This document shows positions 55,695 to 64,000 of a stretch of 64,000 nt of DNA, in pieces. Made by a program: the position numbers and the translations under genes. Every line of letters starts with the position of its first letter. Positions within the stretch are counted from its first letter, which is position 1. The DNA comes from Thermodesulfovibrionales bacterium. Lineage in GTDB: Bacteria; Nitrospirota; Thermodesulfovibrionia; Thermodesulfovibrionales; SM23-35. The DNA lies in the NCBI GenBank assembly GCA_031082155.1, contig JAVHLL010000002.1, forward strand, positions 65,206 through 129,205, read 5' to 3'. The notes beneath the pieces are model-generated. The model did no database searches, was not told where the DNA came from, and was given only the letters and a program-made list of their open reading frames with translations.

Positions 55695-56738
55695 ATGGAG
55701 ATTTCACCAAAATTAGCAGAAAAAGCGCGTGCTGCAGGTTGAGCTTCAAAGATAAGTCCGTCGGACTTATCAGATATACTCGACGGCTTGCCTGCCAGCA
55801 AGGATCCGAATCTTCTTGTCGGGATTGAAACATCGGACGACGCAGGAGTATACCGCCTCACCCCTGAGATAGCCCTGATACAGACCCTTGATTTCTTCAC
55901 GCCGATAGTGAATGATCCCTATGATTTTGGTCGTATCGCTGCAGCCAATTCATTAAGCGATGTATATTCTATGGGAGGGAAGCCCCTTACAGCGATGAAT
56001 ATCGTCTGCTTTCCTATCAAAGAAATGGACAAGTCGGTTCTCCGGTCAATTCTTGAAGGAGGACTTGAGGTCATTCATAAATCCGGGGCCGTTATGGTTG
56101 GCGGGCATAGCGTGGAAGATCCGGAACTTAAATACGGACTCTCCGTAACTGGTGTTGTTCATCCTGAGCATTTCCTGAAAAATTCCGGAGCCAGACCGGG
56201 AGATATGCTTGTTCTTACCAAACCTTTGGGCACCGGTGTGCTTGCTACAGCATTGAAGGGACGTCTCCTTGATGATCGGACGACCAGCGTACTGACTGAT
56301 TTGATGGCAACCCTGAACAAAGATGCAGCGGAAGTTATGTCTGAAACAGGCGTAAATGCCTGTACCGATATAACGGGGTTCGGCCTTATCGGACATGCGC
56401 TCGAAATGGCCAAGGCCAGCAACGTCGGTATGCGCATTTATGCCGATAAAGTCCCGGTTATCCCGGAGGCCAAAAGCTTTGCCGCGATGGGAATGATTCC
56501 GGCCGGAAGTCATCTGAACCGTAAATTCTGTGCTCATCATCTCGACATCAGCCCTTCTATAAATCCTATTCTTTTGGATCTCTTTTCGGATGCGCAGACA
56601 TCAGGCGGTCTTCTCATCTCTGTTCCTGCACAAAAAATTCATACTCTTGTCCAGGGACTTCTTGAAAGGGAAACTCCCGCAGCCCACGTTATAGGAGAGG
56701 TGATCTCTGGACCGTCAGGAGTCATCCAGATACGGTAA
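55695..56738 (+). CDS. selD: selenide, water dikinase SelD, selenocysteine-containing (in-frame TGA at 55740-55742)
   Basis: ATG 55695 is in frame with track ORF 55788-56738. The product reads MEISPKLAEKARAAG-U-ASKISPSDL...DPNLLVGIETSDDAGVY. A perfect hairpin at 55751-55771 lies downstream of the TGA. Confidence 0.9.
55751..55771 (+). promoter_or_regulatory. SECIS-like hairpin of selD
   Basis: GATAAGTCC-GTC-GGACTTATC is a perfect 9-bp stem beginning 8 nt after the UGA. Confidence 0.6.
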
Positions 56739-56744
56739 ATATTC

Positions 56745-57011
56745 ATGACAGTATATGCAGTCATAACCTTTCATAACACGCATTTTGCGCTCAAGGCTAA
56801 AAAAGTCCTCGAAAAAAACGGAAAAACCGTCGAGACAATCCCCGTTCCCCGTGAATTCAGTTCAGAGTGCGGGTTCTGCTGTAAGGTACCGTGGGACGAG
56901 AGAGATATGGCTGATAAAATTCTCAGGGAGCATGATGTACAAGTAGAACATATCTACCGCTGGGAAAGAGACGATGATAAAGAGAGGAAAAATAAATTTA
57001 CGTTTGTATAA
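56745..57011 (+). CDS. DUF3343 (putative S/Se carrier-like) protein
   Basis: 88 aa. AVITFHNTHFALKAKKVLEKNG...IPVPREFSSECGFCC matches the recalled DUF3343 pattern, which is commonly found next to yedF. Confidence 0.65.
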   Translation: MTVYAVITFHNTHFALKAKKVLEKNGKTVETIPVPREFSSECGFCCKVPWDERDMADKILREHDVQVEHIYRWERDDDKERKNKFTFV

Positions 57012-57026
57012 AAGAGGAGGCAAGGT

Positions 57027-57638
57027 ATGGCTTATCAGATTGATGCAAGAGGATTGCCCTGTCCTCAGCCTGTTTTAAAAACAAAGGAAGCCCTTGGGCG
57101 GGCAAAAGGGTCATCTTTGATTGTTATTATCGACAATGAGGCCTCAAGGGATAATGTTATAAGATTTCTTGAGAATTCCGGAGTTACTCTTGAGAAAGTC
57201 GAGACCAGAGGAAATGATTTTTTTATTCATACAAAGGAAACAGCATACAGTGTCTCGTCCGGGATTAAACCTGAAGACTATCCATGTGCAGTTCCCTCGG
57301 GAGCCGGATCTGCTCTTTTCATTAATAAGGACCGTATCGGACATGGGAGCGATGAACTGGGAACAAACCTTATGAAGGCTTTTATCACGACAATAAAAGA
57401 CCTCTCTGTTCAACCGAAAACCATCTGTTTCATGAACAGCGGGGTAAAGCTGACGGTGAAAGAGGCGGCAACCCTTCCCTATCTGAAAGAATTAGAAGAG
57501 AAAGGGATAGAAATGCTGGTTTGCGGTACCTGTCTCAGTTACTTTAACCTCAAAGAACAAATCGGCGTCGGAAAAATATCCAATATGTACGATATATCGG
57601 AAACCATGCTGAAGTCTTCTAAAGTAATAACCCTATAG
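57027..57638 (+). CDS. yedF: selenium metabolism protein YedF (TusA/SirA-like + DsrE-like domains)
   Basis: N-terminus IDARGLPCPQPVLKTKEAL (the CPxP motif of the TusA family), and a C-terminal half with the DsrE-like ...VCGTCLSYF... segment. At 203 aa it is typical of YedF. Confidence 0.8.
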   Translation: MAYQIDARGLPCPQPVLKTKEALGRAKGSSLIVIIDNEASRDNVIRFLENSGVTLEKVETRGNDFFIHTKETAYSVSSGIKPEDYPCAVPSGAGSALFINKDRIGHGSDELGTNLMKAFITTIKDLSVQPKTICFMNSGVKLTVKEAATLPYLKELEEKGIEMLVCGTCLSYFNLKEQIGVGKISNMYDISETMLKSSKVITL

Positions 57639-57643
57639 GGTCT

Positions 57644-58810
57644 ATGCCAAGCTGGGTTATGGGTACAAAAGTTATCTACTTTGACAATGCTGCAACATCC
57701 GGCAGGAAACCTGTAACGGTTTCGCACGCCATATGCGACTGCCTCAAACACGCAAACGCGAATCCCGGGAGATCAGGACATTCCCTTTCGGTGAAGGCTG
57801 CCGAGATAATTTATTCGTGCCGTGAAATTCTTGGTGAATTATTCAACTTCCCTAAAACAGAAAATATAGTCCTGACAAAAAATGCAACCGAAGCATTGAA
57901 TCTCGCCCTCTATGGCGGGCTGAAGAACGGCTGTGAAGTCATAACCACCTCGATGGAACACAATTCTGTGCTGAGGCCCCTGAATCATCTGCACAACAAG
58001 GGCATCATCCGTTTATATATCTTAAGTGCTGATGGAAATGGTGTGGTCCATCCGAAGCAGATAAAGGAAGCCATTACTGAAGACACAAGTCTCATTGTCG
58101 TCACTTCTGCCTCTAATGTCACCGGTACAAAGATGGATTTGCAGGGTATATATCACGCTGCACAAGAAGCCGGAGTAAAAATGCTTGTTGACGGCGCACA
58201 GGGAGCCGGAGCACTGAGAATAGATCTGAAAGAAACACCATTCGATTTTCTTGCGGTTACTGGACACAAGCATCTCTTCGGCCCTCAGGGCACCGGCGCC
58301 CTGATTATAAAGAATGCAGATGATCTGGACTCCTTCATGCGAGGCGGCACCGGAAGTCAGTCGGAAATGACAATACATCCTGATTTTCCACCCGACAAAT
58401 ATGAGGCAGGAACTCTGAATACTCCTGGATACGCAGGTCTGGTTGCAGGGATACGGTTCATTCTTGATGAAGGCCTGGAGAAAATCGTTGGATATGAACA
58501 TGAGCTGACAGAATATCTTCTCGGAAAACTGGCAGATATCGAGGAGATACAACTATATGCACCCGATGCAGACCGTGTTGCCACGGTATCGTTTAATATT
58601 CAGGGCACACCTCCTTCTGATGTTGCGTATTTTCTGGACAGGGAATGGGGCATATGTGCAAGATCCGGTCTCCATTGCGCTCCGGAAGCGCATAAAACAC
58701 TGGGCACGTTTTCAGGAGGAACAATCAGGTTTTCTTTTTCATTTTTTAATACGAAAGAGGAAATTGACAGTGCAATAGAGGCGCTGAAGGATTTTGTGAA
58801 ACACAGATAG
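57644..58810 (+). CDS. class V aminotransferase-fold cysteine desulfurase / selenocysteine lyase-like enzyme
   Basis: IYFDNAATS..., TGHKHL (PLP Lys) and active-site ARSGLHCAPEAH. Confidence 0.85.
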   Translation: MPSWVMGTKVIYFDNAATSGRKPVTVSHAICDCLKHANANPGRSGHSLSVKAAEIIYSCREILGELFNFPKTENIVLTKNATEALNLALYGGLKNGCEVITTSMEHNSVLRPLNHLHNKGIIRLYILSADGNGVVHPKQIKEAITEDTSLIVVTSASNVTGTKMDLQGIYHAAQEAGVKMLVDGAQGAGALRIDLKETPFDFLAVTGHKHLFGPQGTGALIIKNADDLDSFMRGGTGSQSEMTIHPDFPPDKYEAGTLNTPGYAGLVAGIRFILDEGLEKIVGYEHELTEYLLGKLADIEEIQLYAPDADRVATVSFNIQGTPPSDVAYFLDREWGICARSGLHCAPEAHKTLGTFSGGTIRFSFSFFNTKEEIDSAIEALKDFVKHR

Positions 58811-58893
58811 ATGCAAGAGGCTTACAGCCTGTTGCATCTATTGTCCAATAATTGACTATGCATTAATACCTTAAGATATATCAGGCATCTATT

Positions 58894-60771
58894 ATGGAAG
58901 ATTCTCCGGATATCCAGACAGAAAAAAAGAAGGTTATCGCCAAGGATTTCAGTCATCTCAATATACACGAGAACCTCAAGACTGAGTTTTCGGTCATTTC
59001 CGGAAAATGCATACAATGCAAGCTTTGTCAGAAAGAGTGCGCGTTCCTCGGCAAATATGGAAAACCAAAGGATATCACCGATTCGTACGATCCCGGAAAC
59101 ACTGCACATCAGGGAATGCCGTTTGAATGCAGTCTCTGTCAGCTCTGCGCATCTGTCTGTCCGGTAAAGATCAACCCGGCACGCATGTTTCTTGAAATGA
59201 GACGTGAAACCGTCAGAAAAGGAAAAGGCGATTATCCTGAACATAGCGTCATTCTTGGATATGAAAAGCGTGGCGCCTCGAAACGGTATTCATACTATGC
59301 GCTTCCGGATAGCTGTGACACTGTCTTCTTCCCCGGCTGCACTCTACCGGGTACCCGTCCCAATCAGGTGCTGAAACTTTATGAACATCTGAAGAAAACT
59401 ATACCTTCTCTTGGCATTGTGCTTGATTGTTGCACAAAGCCCTCGCATGACCTTGGAAGAGAGCGGTTCTTTCAGGCAATGTTCCAGGAGATGAAGGGGT
59501 ATCTGGCAAGAAATGGCATACGCACTGTCATTGTAGCCTGCCCGAACTGTTATAAGATTTTTCAACAATATGGGAGAGATGAACTTTCTGTTGTTACCGT
59601 TTATGAAGTTATGGCAGAAAAAGGTCTTCCTGAAACCGGCCAGGTGGCGGGAAGTATTACTGTTCATGACTCCTGCGGAGTAAGATTCGAAGAAAATATT
59701 CACGAATCGGTACGAAACATAGTAAAGAAAAGAGGCTTGCAGATCGACGAAATGAAGCACAGCGGGAAAAAAACGCTCTGCTGCGGGGAAGGAGGGTCAG
59801 TCGGTTTCCTGAATCCTGACCTATCCAGGAAATGGAGTTTCCTGAGAAAAACTGAAGCGGACGGGAGAAAAATGGTTGCATATTGTGCGGGATGCGCCAA
59901 CCTCCTCAATTCGATCACCCCCACGAGCCATATTCTGGACCTCACCTTTGAACCGGAAAACGCTGTTGCAGGAACAGTGAAGGTTTCCAAAGCTCCATTC
60001 ACATACTTCAACCGTCTCAGGCTAAAAAAGCATTTTAAAAACACACTCCTTGCTACAAAAACGAGAGAGAGAACATTCTTTGCAGGTGAAGAAAAGGGGA
60101 AAGTACAATGGTTAAAGCGTATAATAATTCTTTTCATCATTCTGTCTGCTATCCTTGCCATACGGTTTACCGATGCAACCCAGTACCTTGAACAGGACAC
60201 CCTCAGAGGCCTGATTCAGGGTTATGGTGTACTGGCTCCGGTTATCTATATGCTGATATATACTGTGGCGCCTGCCTTGTTTTTACCCGGACTTCCCCTC
60301 ACTATTGCAGGAGGCATCCTCTTCGGACCCTTATGGGGAGTTGTCTATACTATTACAGGCGCCACTCTGGGCGCCTGCGTGGCTTTTCTTATATCACGAT
60401 ATGTTGCCAGGGAATGGTTAGCAAACAAATGCAGAAGCCCCAGATGGAGAAGACTTGACAAAGGTGTTGAGAAGCACGGCTGGAAAATTGTTGCGTTTAC
60501 GCGCCTCATACCAATATTTCCTTTTAATCTTCTGAACTATGCATTCGGACTTACAAAGATACCATTTCTGCACTATGCCGTCACAACATTTCTCTTTATG
60601 CTGCCGGCCTGCATTGCTTTTATAGTCTTCTCGAGTTCTCTTCTGGACATCTTGAAAGGGAAGATATCCCCTATTTTCCTTATAGGGGTTGGTCTTATTG
60701 TGCTGGTTTTGTTACTTCCTTATGTTTACAGACGTTACAAGGCAAAAAAAGGCGAATCAGAACCTCTCTGA
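58894..60771 (+). CDS. fusion protein: 2x[4Fe-4S] ferredoxin + CCG (HdrD/GlpC-like) domains + DedA/TVP38 membrane domain
   Basis: CIQCKLCQKEC and CSLCQLCASVCP, then CCG-type motifs FFPGCTLPG...LDCCTKP and HDSCGVR...LCCGEGG. The C-terminal ~220 aa are polytopic with LPGLPLTIAGGILFGPLWG...FTRLIPIFPFNLLNYAFGLT, the DedA/SNARE-associated signature. Confidence 0.75.
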   Translation: MEDSPDIQTEKKKVIAKDFSHLNIHENLKTEFSVISGKCIQCKLCQKECAFLGKYGKPKDITDSYDPGNTAHQGMPFECSLCQLCASVCPVKINPARMFLEMRRETVRKGKGDYPEHSVILGYEKRGASKRYSYYALPDSCDTVFFPGCTLPGTRPNQVLKLYEHLKKTIPSLGIVLDCCTKPSHDLGRERFFQAMFQEMKGYLARNGIRTVIVACPNCYKIFQQYGRDELSVVTVYEVMAEKGLPETGQVAGSITVHDSCGVRFEENIHESVRNIVKKRGLQIDEMKHSGKKTLCCGEGGSVGFLNPDLSRKWSFLRKTEADGRKMVAYCAGCANLLNSITPTSHILDLTFEPENAVAGTVKVSKAPFTYFNRLRLKKHFKNTLLATKTRERTFFAGEEKGKVQWLKRIIILFIILSAILAIRFTDATQYLEQDTLRGLIQGYGVLAPVIYMLIYTVAPALFLPGLPLTIAGGILFGPLWGVVYTITGATLGACVAFLISRYVAREWLANKCRSPRWRRLDKGVEKHGWKIVAFTRLIPIFPFNLLNYAFGLTKIPFLHYAVTTFLFMLPACIAFIVFSSSLLDILKGKISPIFLIGVGLIVLVLLLPYVYRRYKAKKGESEPL

Positions 60772-61566
60772 GTTATGAGAGAGATACCCTTTTATTTCAT
60801 CCTCGGCAGTTTTGAATGCAAATTCATGATAATATCTTTTTAAAGCCGCTTCATCAAATATTGCTTTTCCGTCTTTGTCCTGATAATTTTTACTTAACAC
60901 ACATGCAAGCTGTTCTTCTCCTTCTTTCCAGTTCTGGCCTAGGATATCCTCTATTTCCTTTCCTGAATGCACGTTCCGGAGTGGCATGAAAAGTTCCAGA
61001 TCAAAGCTTTTCAGAAATTCGCTATAGGCATCCAGGGCAACCCCTGTCTGGTTGACTTTCACCTTGCCGTCGTGAGACTCCCTTTCACCTCCAATTACAA
61101 CAGTACAATTCAGCAGTTTTGCTAAAGGGATCCTGATGGCATGAAAATACAGATGGCATCCTAAACAAGGAGTAAAATAACCGTATTTTTTAAACAGTTC
61201 CGTGGTATATCTACCGCAGAGTTTCCACCAGAATCGCGGAGAACCGAGCACAATTGCGCTGAATACCCTTATGTCCTCTTTTTCAAGCTTCTCCTTCATA
61301 AGTTCTGTCTTCCCGAAAGGAATTTTCCAGTTGCCGTATTCCGTTCCGGTAAATGCGATAGTCGGAACAATAGCCCTGATGTCTCGAACCCTGCAGGCCC
61401 TGATGACTGCTGCGACACTGTCTCTCCCGGCTATTTCTGCAATCGCAACATTCTCTATTCCCCGTATTTCTGCTCTCGTTTCATCAGAAAACATCCATTC
61501 GGGAAACTCTGCCACAAGTTCAGGTTTGTTTGCCAGGATTTCTAAAAGTTCATTCTCTTTGTTCAT
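60757..61566 (-). CDS. uncharacterised protein, possible PP-loop-like (adenine nucleotide alpha-hydrolase) fold
   Basis: 269 aa. AIAEIAGRDSVAAV resembles a degenerate SGGxDS PP-loop, and there is a CLGCHLY motif. The assignment is tentative. Confidence 0.4.
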   Translation of the reverse strand: MNKENELLEILANKPELVAEFPEWMFSDETRAEIRGIENVAIAEIAGRDSVAAVIRACRVRDIRAIVPTIAFTGTEYGNWKIPFGKTELMKEKLEKEDIRVFSAIVLGSPRFWWKLCGRYTTELFKKYGYFTPCLGCHLYFHAIRIPLAKLLNCTVVIGGERESHDGKVKVNQTGVALDAYSEFLKSFDLELFMPLRNVHSGKEIEDILGQNWKEGEEQLACVLSKNYQDKDGKAIFDEAALKRYYHEFAFKTAEDEIKGYLSHNSERF

Positions 61567-62861
61567 AGGGTTAAAGAGGTGTAATCTCCGGGATAATACG
61601 GTTGATCGACCGGGGTATCCATAAGCCCCTGGAGTTTTGACCTGTCAAGGAAATTAAGGATTAGATACAATAATTCCTTCCCCTTTACGATACCGAGAGC
61701 CCCTTTCGCGCAGCTTATTTCATTGTAGTGAGTGACATCGTCTTTCCGGACATATTTCCCGACCATTGTGAGCGGCACTGTCTCACCGGTATGGATCATG
61801 GCACCGGAGCTTGCAGTAGAATGGTCAGCAGTGATGACCAGCAGGTTCTCCTTGTCCGGTGCGATTTCGCCTACTGCAACAGACATTGCACGGTCAATCG
61901 CCTCTATTACCTCTTTTTTGTACCACGGGTTTTTTGTATGGCCTGCTTCATCAGGCATTTTTGTATGAACATGAATAAAATCATACTCATATGCATCTTT
62001 TGCAAGCCGGAGGCGATATTTTAGGTCTTCCTCAACGTTCCCTGTATCCTTGACTTTCATGAGGTCCATCCCCAATTCATTGCAGAGCCCCCAGTAAATC
62101 GGTCCGGATGAAATGGACAAGGCCTTCATACCCCACTTTTCCCTGAAAGGGATCTGTTTTTTCTTTCTCCCGGCTCTCTGGGTAACAAGGGCATTGACAG
62201 GGAGGAGATTCGCTGTTCTTCTCTGTTTATTGATATCATGGCCCGACAATACCCGATAACACCATACGAGGTATTCATTTAACGTCGCTGCCGTATTTTT
62301 CGAAGACTGTGTAAAACGCTTCTGCTGGACCGGAAAAACCTTTATAACTTCCCTTCCCTCATATATAGGGTCAGAATCGGTTATTTTTTCAGATACATTC
62401 CCTTTCAGGAGAAGAAACCCGCGTATACCCTTCGCATGAAACAGTTCAAAGTGGATTCCGTTCTTCTGAAAACTCCGTATCGATTCCTTCAGCACACGCC
62501 CCTCTTCGTTCCCGAGTTCAGGACACCCATAGGTCAGGACAAGATTGTCTCCGCGTTCTTCAACAGAACATAAATGACAGAGGAGCGCTACATTTTTCTC
62601 TCCCACCGGGATGCCTGCTCCCTTTGCTTCGATATACCCTCTTCCCGGGAACTCTTCCCCTTCATACCCGAAGATTAAAAAGTGCGCGGTCTCGCTCGAC
62701 ATGGGAACGCCCTGGTAAAAGCTGTGGTACAGCCCGTTCATCCCGATCGATGCAAGATAATCCATATGGGGAGTATATGCCGCATAAAGGGGAGTCCTTC
62801 CTTCAAAACAGTCCTGTCCCCTGTCCCCCAGACCATCCAGTATGACGAGAATACACCGCAT
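61563..62861 (-). CDS. cofactor-independent phosphoglycerate mutase-like metalloenzyme (ApgM/alkaline-phosphatase superfamily)
   Basis: MRCILVILDGLGDRG...TP.MD.LA..G..G...HVHTKMPDEAGH...ITADHST... matches the recalled archaeal-type iPGM pattern. Confidence 0.7.
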   Translation of the reverse strand: MRCILVILDGLGDRGQDCFEGRTPLYAAYTPHMDYLASIGMNGLYHSFYQGVPMSSETAHFLIFGYEGEEFPGRGYIEAKGAGIPVGEKNVALLCHLCSVEERGDNLVLTYGCPELGNEEGRVLKESIRSFQKNGIHFELFHAKGIRGFLLLKGNVSEKITDSDPIYEGREVIKVFPVQQKRFTQSSKNTAATLNEYLVWCYRVLSGHDINKQRRTANLLPVNALVTQRAGRKKKQIPFREKWGMKALSISSGPIYWGLCNELGMDLMKVKDTGNVEEDLKYRLRLAKDAYEYDFIHVHTKMPDEAGHTKNPWYKKEVIEAIDRAMSVAVGEIAPDKENLLVITADHSTASSGAMIHTGETVPLTMVGKYVRKDDVTHYNEISCAKGALGIVKGKELLYLILNFLDRSKLQGLMDTPVDQPYYPGDYTSLTL

Positions 62862-62975
62862 TTTTTATTTAACCATAAAGACATTCATTTTTATCATAGA
62901 TATTTACTATATTACCGGCGTTTTTTATATGCTTTCACTATTTGACAGGGAAAAATCACAATTATATTATAAATA

Positions 62976-63572
62976 ATGATCATCGATATGCATGTCCATA
63001 CCCGTTTTTCGCCCTGCAGTGTTATGCGCATAACCCAACTATTGCAGAGCGCAAAGAAAAAGGGACTGAACGGCGTGTGCATCACTGATCACGACACGAC
63101 CGGCTCTTCATCTGCGCTTCGAAACATACAGGATGAGTACGGGGTCTTTGTTATTGTCGGGATAGAATATACCACAAAACAGGGGGATTTCCTCGTCTTT
63201 GGTCCTGTCGAATTTATCCTAAAAGGCTCCGATGCAGAGGATCTCCTGCGCTGGACTGAAAAGGAGGGCTGCATAGCTATTCCTGCCCATCCTTTCAGGA
63301 AAAGCCGGCCGTCAGATACGAGCATCCTCAAATCCTTCGGCATCATTGAACTGCTGAACGGAAGGAATCAACCGTCAGAAAACGACGCATGCAGGGTCTG
63401 GATCGAACAACAGGGGAATGGAACACGAACAATCGGCGGAAGCGACGCACATACAGCTGATGAACTAGGCCGCGCAGTAACTGTTTTTGAAAAGGATATT
63501 TTTTCTTCTGAAGATTTGATTCGCGAACTTCGTTATGGCCGTTATGCTCCGCGTTCCATGTATCGCCGGTAA
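62976..63572 (+). CDS. PHP-domain metal-dependent phosphoesterase
   Basis: MIIDMHVHTRFSPCS...GVCITDHDT...AHPF...GGSDAHT are PHP His/Asp motifs. Confidence 0.8.
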   Translation: MIIDMHVHTRFSPCSVMRITQLLQSAKKKGLNGVCITDHDTTGSSSALRNIQDEYGVFVIVGIEYTTKQGDFLVFGPVEFILKGSDAEDLLRWTEKEGCIAIPAHPFRKSRPSDTSILKSFGIIELLNGRNQPSENDACRVWIEQQGNGTRTIGGSDAHTADELGRAVTVFEKDIFSSEDLIRELRYGRYAPRSMYRR

Positions 63573-63664
63573 GGAAAAACTTCTCTCTCATATTTTTTTA
63601 GATAATTTTTCTTCTCTCCTCTTTCGTATTGAACTTTCTCCGGAAGATAGTATTAAATATTCTG

Positions 63665-64000
63665 TATGCCTGAACTTACCCCCTTAATGAAACAATATTT
63701 CAGCATCAAAGAAAAACATCAGGACGCCATCGTCTTTTTCAGGCTCGGTGATTTTTATGAAATGTTCGGAGAAGACGCTGAGAAGGCTTCGAGAATTCTT
63801 CAGATAGCATTGACTACAAGAGACAAGACCAAAGAAGACCCTATGCCGATGTGCGGCATCCCCTATTTCGCCGCAGAATCATACATACTGAAACTCGTAA
63901 AGGCCGGGCATAAGGTTGCGATATGCGAACAAATGGAGGACGCAAAAGAAGCAAAGGGCATTGTAGAGAGAGATATTGTGCGGGTGATTACTCCGGGAAC
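63665..64000 (+). CDS. mutS: DNA mismatch repair protein MutS, 5' end (continues beyond window)
   Basis: [45 protein letters not shown]...[29 protein letters not shown] is the canonical MutS domain I. Confidence 0.9.

Overview
This is a 64 kb chromosomal window from what looks like an anaerobic bacterium. No database search was possible, so all product calls rest on motifs read from the ORF translations and the DNA. About 55 protein genes are supportable, most of them housekeeping: hpt, queD, acyl-CoA dehydrogenase, adenine deaminase, miaB/mtaB, secA, pyrF, dcd and the mutS 5' end.

Two themes stand out.

1. Selenium utilisation is unusually dense.
- There are two selD paralogs whose N-termini sit behind in-frame TGA (Sec) codons, so the ORF track truncates both.
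- selB is preceded by a 95-nt tRNA with tRNA-Sec architecture but a GCA (Cys) anticodon and a U73 discriminator.
- A tight seven-gene plus-strand cluster runs: double-cubane/2-hydroxyacyl-CoA-dehydratase-like reductase, its ATPase activase, selD(Sec), DUF3343, YedF, a class V cysteine desulfurase/selenocysteine-lyase-like enzyme, and an HdrD-like Fe-S/CCG protein fused to a DedA/TVP38 membrane domain.
- A radical SAM/SPASM enzyme is preceded by an unannotated mini-ORF ending ...CRK-UGA-KS-UGA-KS-TAA, followed directly by a SECIS-like GGUC hairpin. This is a candidate Sec-containing RiPP.

2. c-di-GMP signalling is also dense.
- It includes an HD-GYP protein, two zinc-ribbon+PilZ paralogs and a GAF-GGDEF cyclase co-operonic with secA and an extended MglA-like GTPase.
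- A duplicated [sensor kinase + REC-PAS-GGDEF(degenerate)-EAL] module is interleaved with kinase and receiver gene relics.

Other features are an intact IS256-family element with a 9-bp target duplication, a short REP/MITE-like repeat family, tRNA-Gly(CCC) followed by decayed tandem copies of its 5' half, and two clear pseudogene remnants. I saw no rRNA, CRISPR array or prophage.
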